Source: Prolixibacteraceae bacterium
GTDB taxonomy: Bacteria; Bacteroidota; Bacteroidia; Bacteroidales; Prolixibacteraceae
Direction: 5' to 3'
DNA length: 59,800 nucleotides
Assembly (NCBI GenBank): GCA_035353575.1
Contig: DAOPZV010000001.1
Coordinates: forward strand, 5,667 to 65,466
Position 1 is the stretch's first letter. Each line of letters starts with the position of its first letter. Below are positions 1 through 8,856 of this stretch, piece after piece. The notes below the pieces were generated by a model, which saw nothing but the letters and a program-made list of their open reading frames with translations, made no database searches and was not told where the DNA came from. Made by a program: the position numbers and the translations under genes.

Positions 1-1893
1 CTAACTGATACTATTAAAATTCAGGAAGTTAAGGTTTTTGGGAAACGCAAGATTGAGGAAGCTGCATCGATGGTTTCCCGAATTGATACGTTAGCGCTAC
101 AAATGATGGAAACACAAACTATTTCAGAATTACTGTCATCGTATTCTCCGGTTTTTCTGAAATCGTACGGCCGCGGTTCTACGGCAACAGCATCGTTTCG
201 TGGAACTGCACCTTCGCACACACAAGTTTACTGGAATGGTATTAAGCTCAATTCGCCTATGCGTGGCGACGTCGATTTCTCGCTTTTCCCGGTGTATTTT
301 ATCGACGATATGAGCCTTCAGCATGGCGGAAGCTCGTTGCAATCGGGCTCCGGAGCGCTCGGCGGAAGTATTTTAATCAACAACAAGCCCGACTGGACTG
401 ATCGGTTCAGCGTTCGTTATGTACAAACCCTCGAAAGTTTTTCTACCGCCAAAGAATACCTGAATGTGGGCTACGGAAATGCCAAATTGCAATTCAAAAC
501 ACGCCTTTTCTCCGATTACAGCAAGAATAATTTTCCTTTTTATAATTACGGCGTTTTGCCCATGCACGAATCGGTGCAAAAAAATGCAGAATATAATAAG
601 TATGGATTGCTTCAGGAAGCTTATTATCGACTCAGCAAAAATACCTTCTCTGCTAAACTTTGGGTTTACCAAAGCCAGCGCGATTTACCGCAACTCATGT
701 CGTTTGAAGGCGACGTGAGGAAAGAAACACAGAAAGACCAGAACATCAGGGCAGTTGGATCCTGGAAATACATCTCCGGGAAGAGTAAACTCGAAGCAAT
801 TGCAGGATACAACCAGACAGAATTGCATTATTTCAGGGCAAGTACCGAAGCCAATTTTGTGAATTTTGACAGCAACAGCAAAGAAAAAAGCTACTCCGGA
901 AATTTTAATTTTGACTGGAATCCGCTTGAAATAATGAGTTTTAACTGGTCAATAAATTCGAATTATCATCAGGTTTCGGTATTCGACAAAGCACAGCAAA
1001 TTGGCTATAATCACAACAGGTTCGAACTTTCGCTTATGAATGCAGCCCACTTGCAGCTTCTCCCAAAATTTTTCCTCTCGTTTATCTCCCGAAGCGAACT
1101 ATACAACAGCAAACTAATTGGATTTATCCCATCGCTGGGAGCCGAATATTTAACCGGAAAAATTAGTGAATTGTCAGTAAAAATGAATGTTTCAAGGAAC
1201 TATCATCAACCAGGATTGAATGATCTGTACTGGATTCCGGGAGGCAATCCCAATCTAAAATCAGAAAACGGATTGGCTGGCGACCTCTCTTTGTCGATTT
1301 GTCAACGAAAAGAAAAAACAACTTTTTCAGGGCAGTTGACCGGTTTTGCATCGTTAATCGACAACTGGATTGTTTGGCAGCCCTCGGCAAGCGGAGCCTC
1401 TTATTGGGAAGCAAATAATTTGCGTAAAGTTTTTGCAAGAGGAGCCGAGATTCAGTTTTCCATACATCAAAAATTGGCGAATGAGGTGTCAACTGATTTC
1501 AAAATCAATTATTCGCACGCAGAAACATCAAATACTGATGCTGAAGCATCGGTTGATAAAACCAGAGGTAAACAATTGATTTATATACCAAAAGATAAAG
1601 CAAACTTATTTGCCCAAATCGATTATAAGCGATATTTCTTGAAATTGAACGCACCATTCACCGGGAAGCGCTACACGACCAGCAACAATGAAGAATCCGA
1701 CTATGAAAAAGTGCTTAATCCGTATTGGCTAATCTCCACAAGTGTTGGAAAAAGCTTTATTTTCAAGCATTTTTCGGTCGACGCCGTTGGAACGGTTGAG
1801 AACCTGCTCAACACCGACTACATGTCTGTTTTGTGGCGTCCGATGCCCGGACGCTATTATTCGCTAACCCTTCAATTCAGCTACAAAAAATGA
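1..1893 (+). CDS. btuB: TonB-dependent receptor, BtuB-like (cobalamin uptake); 5'-truncated by the window edge
   Basis: The frame is open from base 1 (LTDTIKIQEVKVFGKR..., upstream of the ORF-track start at 70). It has a plug motif (SFRGTAPSHTQVYWNG...GSGALGGSI) and a C-terminal TBDR end (VENLLN...PMPGRYYSLTLQFSY). A BtuG-like gene follows. Confidence 0.8.
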   Translation, partial: LTDTIKIQEVKVFGKRKIEEAASMVSRIDTLALQMMETQTISELLSSYSPVFLKSYGRGSTATASFRGTAPSHTQVYWNGIKLNSPMRGDVDFSLFPVYFIDDMSLQHGGSSLQSGSGALGGSILINNKPDWTDRFSVRYVQTLESFSTAKEYLNVGYGNAKLQFKTRLFSDYSKNNFPFYNYGVLPMHESVQKNAEYNKYGLLQEAYYRLSKNTFSAKLWVYQSQRDLPQLMSFEGDVRKETQKDQNIRAVGSWKYISGKSKLEAIAGYNQTELHYFRASTEANFVNFDSNSKEKSYSGNFNFDWNPLEIMSFNWSINSNYHQVSVFDKAQQIGYNHNRFELSLMNAAHLQLLPKFFLSFISRSELYNSKLIGFIPSLGAEYLTGKISELSVKMNVSRNYHQPGLNDLYWIPGGNPNLKSENGLAGDLSLSICQRKEKTTFSGQLTGFASLIDNWIVWQPSASGASYWEANNLRKVFARGAEIQFSIHQKLANEVSTDFKINYSHAETSNTDAEASVDKTRGKQLIYIPKDKANLFAQIDYKRYFLKLNAPFTGKRYTTSNNEESDYEKVLNPYWLISTSVGKSFIFKHFSVDAVGTVENLLNTDYMSVLWRPMPGRYYSLTLQFSYKK

Positions 1894-3062
1894 GAAATTC
1901 AAGGCAAAAGGGAAAAGAGAGAATGGAGAATGGAGAACGGAGGCCGGAGAACGGAGGCTGGAGAAGGTGGGTGAAGGTAAAACTCATTGGCATAATTTGC
2001 TTTCTGCTGGCGGTATGGTTATTTACCTCCTGCTCCAAAAGCCCGGTTGAAACTGTCTTTTTTGATTTTTCGGGCAATAAAGGCGTTTACGTCGTCAACG
2101 AGGGAAATTTTATGTACGGCAATTCAACGCTGTCGTTTTATGACCCAGAGGCCAAAAGAGTATATAACCAGATATTTATTTCAAGGAATGGCGCGCCACT
2201 GGGCGATGTTGCCCAATCAATGTACCTGTGGAATAACTATGGCTACATTGTAGTCAATAATTCAGGAAAAATTTATGTAATTAATAGCAAGACGGCTGAA
2301 TTTCAAGGAAATGTTTCCGGCTTAAGTTCGCCAAGGTATGTTTATGTGCTAAACTCACAAAAAGCCTATGTAACCGACCTTTACGCAAAAAAAATTACCA
2401 TCTTTAATCCTGAAACATTTCAGATTACAGGAAAGATTAGTGTGATTAATTCGAAATCTCAGTTTAATCAGCACTCGACAGAACAAATGGTTCCATACAA
2501 AAATCTTTTGTTTGTGAATTGTTGGTCGTACGACAACAAAATTCTGGTAATCGACACCAACACCGATCAATTAAAAGACTCGATCGAGGTTTTTAAGCAA
2601 CCTAACAGCATGGTTCTGGATAAAAACAACAAACTGTGGGTGATGACCGACGGAGGCTTCAATGGCAGCGCCTATGGCTACGAGCAGCCTGGCCTGCTGA
2701 AAATTGATGCTGAAACCCGAGAAATTGAGCGCACCTACCGCTTCCCATTGGGCGATCATCCAATAAAAATGTGCGTTAATCCTGGCGGCGATAGCATTTA
2801 TTATATCAACCGGCACGTTTGGCGAATGAGTGTAACCGATAAAAAGCTTCCCGAAATTCCTTTTATATCCTCAGAAAATACAAATACTTACGGCGGATTT
2901 TATAGCCTCGGAATTGATCCATCGACGAACGAGATATACGTTGGCGATGCCCTCGACCACAAGCAAAACGGCTATGTCAGGCGATATTCGCGCGCGGGAA
3001 ATCTAATCGATAAATTTAAGGTTGGAATTTCTCCCGGAAACTTTGCTTTTAAAACAGAGTAG
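1890..3062 (+). CDS. btuG: Surface lipoprotein, BtuG/YncE-like beta-propeller (B12-binding)
   Basis: ATG at 1890 overlaps the receptor stop (ATGA); an alternative GTG start lies at 1971. Lipobox FTSC. The motif VYVVNEGNFMYGNSTLSFYDP...LGDVAQSM resembles Bacteroides BtuG. Confidence 0.75.
   Translation: MRNSRQKGKERMENGERRPENGGWRRWVKVKLIGIICFLLAVWLFTSCSKSPVETVFFDFSGNKGVYVVNEGNFMYGNSTLSFYDPEAKRVYNQIFISRNGAPLGDVAQSMYLWNNYGYIVVNNSGKIYVINSKTAEFQGNVSGLSSPRYVYVLNSQKAYVTDLYAKKITIFNPETFQITGKISVINSKSQFNQHSTEQMVPYKNLLFVNCWSYDNKILVIDTNTDQLKDSIEVFKQPNSMVLDKNNKLWVMTDGGFNGSAYGYEQPGLLKIDAETREIERTYRFPLGDHPIKMCVNPGGDSIYYINRHVWRMSVTDKKLPEIPFISSENTNTYGGFYSLGIDPSTNEIYVGDALDHKQNGYVRRYSRAGNLIDKFKVGISPGNFAFKTE
1900..1962 (+). 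repeat. Degenerate 7-nt tandem repeat (about 9 units; core gaAyGGA)
   Basis: caaggca aaaggga aaagaga gaatgga gaatgga gaacgga ggccgga gaacgga ggctgga. Confidence 0.8.
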
Positions 3063-3069
3063 CGCCAAA

Positions 3070-3534
3070 TTACAAAATTGGCACTTCTCGTTTGAACGTT
3101 TCGTCGAGCGAAATAAACGTTTCGGTACTGGCAACACCAGCTATTTTTTGAATTTTGTCGCTCAAAATATCGCGCAAATGCTCATTGTCTTTGGCATAGA
3201 CCTTCACAAAAACAGCATATTGGCCTGTAGTATAATGGCATTCAACAATTTCCGGAATTTCATGAAGTTTATCGGCAACATTCGAATAGAGACTTCCTTT
3301 TTCAAGGAAAACCCCGATGTATGTACAGGTTTTGAAATCAATTTTCTTCGGATCAATGTGGTACCCCGACCCAACAATAACATTCAAATCAATCATCCGG
3401 TTAACTCGTTGATGAACGGCAGCCCTGGAAACGCCGACTTCGGCAGCTACATCTTTAAACGGAATACGGGCATTTCTTGAAATTATATCCAGAATTTTTA
3501 AATCGATATCGTCTAACTGATTTCTTAGTGTCAT
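3070..3534 (-). CDS. asnC: Lrp/AsnC family transcriptional regulator
   Basis: N-terminal HTH (LDDIDLKILDII...ARIPFKDVAAEVGVSRAAVHQRV) and AsnC ligand domain (VECHYTTGQY). Confidence 0.9.
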   Translation of the reverse strand: MTLRNQLDDIDLKILDIISRNARIPFKDVAAEVGVSRAAVHQRVNRMIDLNVIVGSGYHIDPKKIDFKTCTYIGVFLEKGSLYSNVADKLHEIPEIVECHYTTGQYAVFVKVYAKDNEHLRDILSDKIQKIAGVASTETFISLDETFKREVPIL

Positions 3535-3701
3535 TGCTTTGTTTTTGAAACTTTTTGTAATAAAGATACAAAATTATCGAAAAATAGACGATTTTGATAA
3601 TATCTCTTGTGAATAATTTCAAATTGCTCGCCAAAAGTTTTAAAAATCAGAAAGCTAAACCGTTTTTTCCAATCAAATCGTGATTTTCGATATTTCAATA
3701 A

Positions 3702-3775
3702 ATCCGTCCGACGGTGCAATTATTCCTGATTTTAAAATACAGGCCGAGCCTCCAGACATTTTAAAGTCAACGGAT
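3702..3775 (+). ncRNA. Structured RNA resembling the Flavo-1 motif
   Basis: ATCCGTCCGACGGTGC...CCTG...CAGGCCGAGCCTCCAGACATTTTAAAGTCAACGGAT. The ends pair (ATCCGT/ACGGAT), with internal CCTG/CAGG and GAC/GTC stems. It matches my recollection of the Flavo-1 pattern; no covariance search was run and the strand is uncertain. Confidence 0.55.
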
Positions 3776-3821
3776 AGAATAAAGAACTCTATTTTGAAAA
3801 AAATTAATAACTGCAATTAAC

Positions 3822-3849
3822 AAAAAAGCCTGAGTTTCCTCAGGCTTTT
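3822..3849. terminator. Intrinsic terminator (fucosidase; probably bidirectional)
   Basis: aaaaaagcctgag-tttc-ctcaggctttt. Confidence 0.8.
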
Positions 3850-3871
3850 CATTTGCATATAAATCAATAAT

Positions 3872-5197
3872 TTACAACTCAATTTCAACAATGGTGTCTA
3901 TCGGTTTTTTCTTGCTTTCAGGAATATTTAAAATCACGCCATATTCTGTTTCTTTAAATTTCACAGGCGACTTATCATCGTAAAATCTGACGGTTTTAAT
4001 CTTTTTAGGCAATTTGCCGACAAACAGGTTTTCCTCACCGTAATTCAAGACATGCAAATAGGTTATCGATCCTTTTTGAGTCGATGCGCCCCATGTAGTT
4101 GGTTTTACCGGGCCTTTGCGGGTTCCGTATATTGTTTCGCCATATTTATCGAGCCATTTGCCAATAACCATTAGGGTATCAACATTTTCAGGCTGAATCT
4201 TTCCACTTGGCATTGGACCAGTGTTCAACAACAGGTTGGCACCATATCCTGATGCTTTAACCAATGTTTGTAACAGCTGCTTCGACGATTTATAGCCAGT
4301 GTCAACCAGGTTAAAACCCCAAGAGCCATTCATGGTTTCGCACATTTCGAGTGGCAAGTCTGAAATAGCCCCAGTATGGTTGAAGCCCATTGAATTTTCG
4401 CCAGGAAGATCGCGTTCGTACATCTGGAAATCTTCGCCCGGGAAAGGGAATTTATGATGGTTACTGCCTATCATGGCTCCAGGTTGAAGCTTGTGAATCA
4501 GCGCATAAGTTTCATCCAAACGCCAGGGAGCATCCCATTTGTCCCACATACCGTCGAACCAAATACCACCAATTTCACCATAGTTAGATAATAACTCGGT
4601 CAACTGGGCATTCATATAGTCAATGTATTTATTCCAGTCGCCACTTTCCGGTCGTCCGGTAAAGCCCTGACCAGTATTACCTCTTGGAAAATAGTCCGGA
4701 TGGTGCCAATCAAGTTGCGAATAGTAGAAAAATAATTTAATCCCTTGTTTATCGCATTCGTCTTTCAACATTTTTATAATATCTTTTCCATACGGAGTGC
4801 GCTTAACAACGTTGTAATCGCTTACTTTCGAGTCATACATGGCGAAGCCTTCGTGGTGTTTGCTCGTAATGGTAATGTATTTCATTCCCGCTTTTTTAAC
4901 CATCGCAACCCACTCTGCGGGATTAAAAGAAATGGGATTAAAAAAAACGGGCAACTTCTCATACTGTTTGATCGGGATTCTTCGGTCGTTCATAATCCAT
5001 TCGGCAATGCCCTGATTTCCGCCACCAGCAAGTTGGCAATACATTCCCCAATGAATAAATAAACCGAATTTTGCATCCTGAAACCATTCACGATTTTTCA
5101 GATTCTTCTCTGAAGGTTGGTAGCCCTGCTGGGCCGACACATTTCCCGCCAATATACCAGACAACAATAGCCCGGCGAATAGTTTTTTAAGGCTCAT
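3872..5197 (-). CDS. Alpha-L-fucosidase (GH29), secreted
   Basis: Signal peptide; motifs WFQDAKFGLFIHWG, AGMKYITITSKHHEGF and GIWFDG (catalytic nucleophile region). Confidence 0.9.
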   Translation of the reverse strand: MSLKKLFAGLLLSGILAGNVSAQQGYQPSEKNLKNREWFQDAKFGLFIHWGMYCQLAGGGNQGIAEWIMNDRRIPIKQYEKLPVFFNPISFNPAEWVAMVKKAGMKYITITSKHHEGFAMYDSKVSDYNVVKRTPYGKDIIKMLKDECDKQGIKLFFYYSQLDWHHPDYFPRGNTGQGFTGRPESGDWNKYIDYMNAQLTELLSNYGEIGGIWFDGMWDKWDAPWRLDETYALIHKLQPGAMIGSNHHKFPFPGEDFQMYERDLPGENSMGFNHTGAISDLPLEMCETMNGSWGFNLVDTGYKSSKQLLQTLVKASGYGANLLLNTGPMPSGKIQPENVDTLMVIGKWLDKYGETIYGTRKGPVKPTTWGASTQKGSITYLHVLNYGEENLFVGKLPKKIKTVRFYDDKSPVKFKETEYGVILNIPESKKKPIDTIVEIEL

Positions 5198-5315
5198 AGA
5201 TTTAAGTTTAGAATATTACTATGCTGTATTGTGCTGTCAAATATAGGTTTTTCCCATATTGAAATGAAGTACGAAAACACATAAATAGAATGCATCCGTT
5301 TTTTCGTGCTGAGTT

Positions 5316-7304
5316 CTATTGAAATACCAACAAACAGGCACCGCTCTCTTTTGTGTACCAAACGGCGCTGTTTCGATTTTCCCGACGAGGATAACCAGTT
5401 GAAATAAATTGGGAGGCTACTTTAGCACGTTTTGAATAAATTCGGACTGCCAACATTTCTGAATTATAGCTGGACGTTGACCCAATGCTAATTTTCGCAT
5501 TTAAAAACAGTATTGAATCTCGTTCGAAAAACAAATCTGAATTTCGAAAGGTTTTATCTTTTGTTTTGTCGATACTAATAGGGGTCGCGAGTCGGCAATG
5601 ATCTACAACCTTTTGTACCATTTTAGTTTCGGCTTCCTTAATTTCTTTTAAATTAGTAATCAGGTAGTTATTTCGACCATCAACTAAATGAATGATTGTG
5701 TTTTTTGAATTGTACACAATTAGAAATCTATTATTCAATAGTTTATAATTTTCGAACAAGACTTCTAACTGAAAGAAAACAATCAAAATCAAACCTGTTG
5801 TAAGCCAAATTCTTCGCTTCTCCGAAAAGAAAATCACAAACGAAAAAATAACTCCGAAAACCAACAAAACCTGAGCTGTTGAAAATACTAATCCACGTGA
5901 TACTGCGAGAGGGTGAGCATCGAGTAACTTCAGCGACTCAAGCATAAACCAGGTTAGTTTTTGTATAGCTATTCCAATCCAACCCGCAAGAAATGAAATG
6001 GATGACATTATAAAAAATGCGATGGTGGCCCACATTATTAATGTCGTAACCGGAACAACGATAAAGTTACTTAACCAGAAAAAATTTGGAAACTGGTTAA
6101 AATAAAAAATGCCTAACGGGAATGTAATCATTTGTGCTGCAATACTCACTGTAAAAAGCGCCCACAACCATTTTAGCAACTTATTTTTTAATTCAATCAT
6201 ATTAAATAAAGCTGGCTGAATAAGGACAATACCAAAAATTGCCAGGTACGACAATTGGAAACCAACATCGAAAATAACATTAGGATCGAGCAAAATTAAG
6301 AGAAGGGCAGAGGCTGTCAGCGAATTGTAAATGTTTACCGGACGGCGCATTTCATTCCCAATAATAACAAAAGTAAACATCACGGTGGCTCTTTGAACGG
6401 GCGGAGAGAAGCCGGAAATGAAAGCATAAATCCAAAGAAAAGCAATCATTATCACGGGAAATATTATTTTGCCGATTTTGTTGCGCTTCAGAAAACCAAG
6501 CAAAAAACCTAATATCATGAACAACAAAGCAACGTGTAGTCCTGAAACCGACAAAACGTGCATTGCTCCGGTTGAAGCAAAATAATCGAGTGTTTCCTGA
6601 TCCAGTTCAGTTCGATAACCAAGTGTAAGCGCACAAACAACCGATCGTTCCTCTTTGTTATGCAATACTCTTGCGAGTTTATCAACCAGCACATCGCGCG
6701 ATTTTTCTGCCCAGTTTTGCATATTAATAACTGGCTTTCCGACCTTGAGATAGGTGAGGCGGGTAAGATAAACCGAATACCATATACCTCGTCTATGCAT
6801 CATCGAGGTGAAATCAAATTCAAACGGATTTCCCTGATTTTTAATAAGCTGAGGTTCTCCTAAAATTGCAAGCCTGTCACCTGTGCTAATTGTCGAATCA
6901 AAGCTTTTCTTATCAAAATACGCTACTATTTTTTCTTTAACCCTCAATTCTTTATTCTGAATAAATAGGATCGTCTGATAAGTTTTCGCCTTTTCTGCCG
7001 GTTTCTGGAGCACTTCCGCCAGAAAATACTGTTTACCTGCGAATTTGGGCTTCTCGTTTGAAGTATGAATTGCTGCATAAAATACGCCGCAGGCAACCAG
7101 CGCAAGAGAAAGTAATACATTATGAACTCTCACAAGCGAAAAGTTACTTACTGACCAAAAAAAGAGCAGCGTAATTAAAAGGGAAACAAGTACTAGAGCC
7201 ATTACCTCTTCATTAGGTAACAGATAATTGCCGGCAATTAAGCCTGAAACAAATAGAATTGATATCCTGACGAAAGGAATTCGCTGAAAAAAATTTCTTC
7301 GCAT
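5316..7304 (-). CDS. comEC: ComEC/Rec2 family competence protein
   Basis: Motifs GNPFEFD, GAMHVLSVSGLHV, SPPVQRA and DVGFQLSYLA; multiple TM helices. ATG at 7304 preferred over TTG at 7310. Confidence 0.9.
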   Translation of the reverse strand: MRRNFFQRIPFVRISILFVSGLIAGNYLLPNEEVMALVLVSLLITLLFFWSVSNFSLVRVHNVLLSLALVACGVFYAAIHTSNEKPKFAGKQYFLAEVLQKPAEKAKTYQTILFIQNKELRVKEKIVAYFDKKSFDSTISTGDRLAILGEPQLIKNQGNPFEFDFTSMMHRRGIWYSVYLTRLTYLKVGKPVINMQNWAEKSRDVLVDKLARVLHNKEERSVVCALTLGYRTELDQETLDYFASTGAMHVLSVSGLHVALLFMILGFLLGFLKRNKIGKIIFPVIMIAFLWIYAFISGFSPPVQRATVMFTFVIIGNEMRRPVNIYNSLTASALLLILLDPNVIFDVGFQLSYLAIFGIVLIQPALFNMIELKNKLLKWLWALFTVSIAAQMITFPLGIFYFNQFPNFFWLSNFIVVPVTTLIMWATIAFFIMSSISFLAGWIGIAIQKLTWFMLESLKLLDAHPLAVSRGLVFSTAQVLLVFGVIFSFVIFFSEKRRIWLTTGLILIVFFQLEVLFENYKLLNNRFLIVYNSKNTIIHLVDGRNNYLITNLKEIKEAETKMVQKVVDHCRLATPISIDKTKDKTFRNSDLFFERDSILFLNAKISIGSTSSYNSEMLAVRIYSKRAKVASQFISTGYPRRENRNSAVWYTKESGACLLVFQ

Positions 7305-7429
7305 TGGCAACTGAGCTTTCTTTCAGTTACGCAAATGCCAATTATTAAGTTCATCAGAAAATGCAAAAAACAACGAATGGCACTATTTTCTTCATGAAAT
7401 GTATCTCTCAGTTCATGAACGTGCATATT

Positions 7430-7981
7430 TTATTTTCCCGGAACCTTAATTCTGTATTTTGGAATTACTTTCCCTTTAGAAATTGCAGTGAGTTTTCCCT
7501 TGAGTATTCTCTTTTTCAGAGGATTCAAATAATCAACAAACATTTTGCCTTCGAGGTGGTCGTATTCGTGCTGAATTACGCGTGAAGTAAATCCATGAAA
7601 AACATCAAGATGTTCGTTAAAATCCTCATCGAAGTATTTGATTTTTACGGTTTCGGGCCTCGAAACATCCTCCCTTATTTCCGGCACGCTCAAACAACCT
7701 TCATTCATAACCCATTCGTCGCCAGTTTTTTCAAGAATTTCCGGGTTTATGAACGCCCTTTTTATTCCAGGTTCATCATCTTCATCTCCGGTATCCGAAT
7801 CAATCACAAAAACCCGAATTGCTTGCCCCACTTGCGGAGCAGCTAAACCAACACCATCAGAGTTATACATTGTATCGAACATATTCTCAACAAACTCTTT
7901 GAGGTTCGGGAAATCAGCATTGATTGGTTCTGCAATTTTTCTCAAAACAGGATCGCCATATAAGGTAACCGGATAAATCAT
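7430..7981 (-). CDS. def: Peptide deformylase
   Basis: Motifs GVGLAAPQVG, EGCLS and QHEYDHLEG. Confidence 0.97.
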   Translation of the reverse strand: MIYPVTLYGDPVLRKIAEPINADFPNLKEFVENMFDTMYNSDGVGLAAPQVGQAIRVFVIDSDTGDEDDEPGIKRAFINPEILEKTGDEWVMNEGCLSVPEIREDVSRPETVKIKYFDEDFNEHLDVFHGFTSRVIQHEYDHLEGKMFVDYLNPLKKRILKGKLTAISKGKVIPKYRIKVPGK

Positions 7982-8401
7982 CTATCTAAATTTTTTCTGT
8001 TCTAAATAACTTTGAAGAATTATTGTGGCGCTAACGCCATCAATTGTTTCTTTGTTCTGCCTGTCTTTCTTTTTCAGACCAGCATCAATCATTGTTTGGA
8101 ATGCCAATTTTGAAGTAAACCGTTCATCAACCTGTTCAAGCGGCATTCCCGGGTATTCTTTTTGAAATTTCTTTAAAAAAGGATTGATGTAATTAACGGC
8201 TTCAGAAGGTTGATTGTTCATTTGTAACGGATACCCAACAATTACTTTTTCAACATCTTCCTTCGAAAAGTAATCTTTTAAGAACATCCAGATTTCGTTG
8301 CTCTGAACTGTAGTGAGTCGGGTAGCAATAAGCTGCAGCGGATCGGTCACCGCAATCCCAACTCTTTTTTTCCCGTAATCAATGGCTAGCACTCTTCCCA
8401 C
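7982..8401 (-). CDS. ruvX: YqgF/RuvX family nuclease (pre-16S rRNA processing)
   Basis: Motifs LAIDYGKKRVGIA, VDERFTS and IDGVSATIILQSYL; abuts def. Confidence 0.95.
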   Translation of the reverse strand: MGRVLAIDYGKKRVGIAVTDPLQLIATRLTTVQSNEIWMFLKDYFSKEDVEKVIVGYPLQMNNQPSEAVNYINPFLKKFQKEYPGMPLEQVDERFTSKLAFQTMIDAGLKKKDRQNKETIDGVSATIILQSYLEQKKFR

Positions 8402-8419
8402 AAGATTTCAATTTGCGTG

Positions 8420-8427
8420 CAAAAATA
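8420..8427 (-). promoter_or_regulatory. Bacteroidota -7 promoter element for ruvX-def
   Basis: TATTTTTG on the minus strand (TAnnTTTG consensus), 18 nt before the start codon. Confidence 0.6.
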
Positions 8428-8473
8428 GCAATAATTACTTACCGAATAATTCGTTTCAGAATCAAACATGCAT

Positions 8474-8517
8474 AAAAACAAAGGCCATCTTCGGTGTTTC
8501 CGAGATGGCCTCTTTTT
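8474..8517. terminator. Strong hairpin terminator in a divergent intergenic region
   Basis: aggccatct(t)cgg-tgttt-ccgagatggcct, with a U-rich tail on each strand. Confidence 0.7.
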
Positions 8518-8812
8518 CAAATTTAGTTTAGTTCGATCGAAAAATAGATATTGGTTAAAAGAGAAAAGGTTCTTTGTTCTAAATCCGACACGAATATAAT
8601 GGTTATTTGACAACTCTTTTAAGATTTTTTAAGAATTTATTAATGTTGAAAAAAATACATGTGTAATGCACTGGTTATCTGATGCTAAAATTTTAGTGTA
8701 TGTTTTATAATATCAAAATGCTCCCGATAAGAAACTTAATTTTTACACTTGTTGTTTTCTGAAAAAAAACCTCAACCGCCTTTTTAAATGCCAATTCAAA
8801 TAATAGGATCTC

Positions 8813-8843
8813 TTTGTCTTTTATATTTAAACTGCTATTTTTG
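8813..8843 (+). promoter_or_regulatory. Bacteroidota housekeeping promoter for trhO-dus
   Basis: TTTG (8813-8816), 19-nt spacer, TATTTTTG (8836-8843). Confidence 0.7.
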
Positions 8844-8856
8844 CTGAAAAATAAAT

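Noticed and set aside
1900-1962. CRISPR array or other spacer-containing repeat
   Set aside because: The units are 7 nt with no spacers, and there are no cas genes in the window.
3022-3480. 152-aa plus-strand ORF
   Set aside because: It is antisense to the clearly recognisable asnC.
3711-3750. TPP riboswitch (GGTGC...GCCGAG)
   Set aside because: The 3' half (CCTGAT...TAATnCC...GnAGGGA in the right order) is missing and no thiamine gene is adjacent.
8386-8613. 75-aa minus-strand ORF upstream of ruvX
   Set aside because: It has a TTG start and runs through a terminator and the ruvX promoter; a non-coding interpretation fits better.
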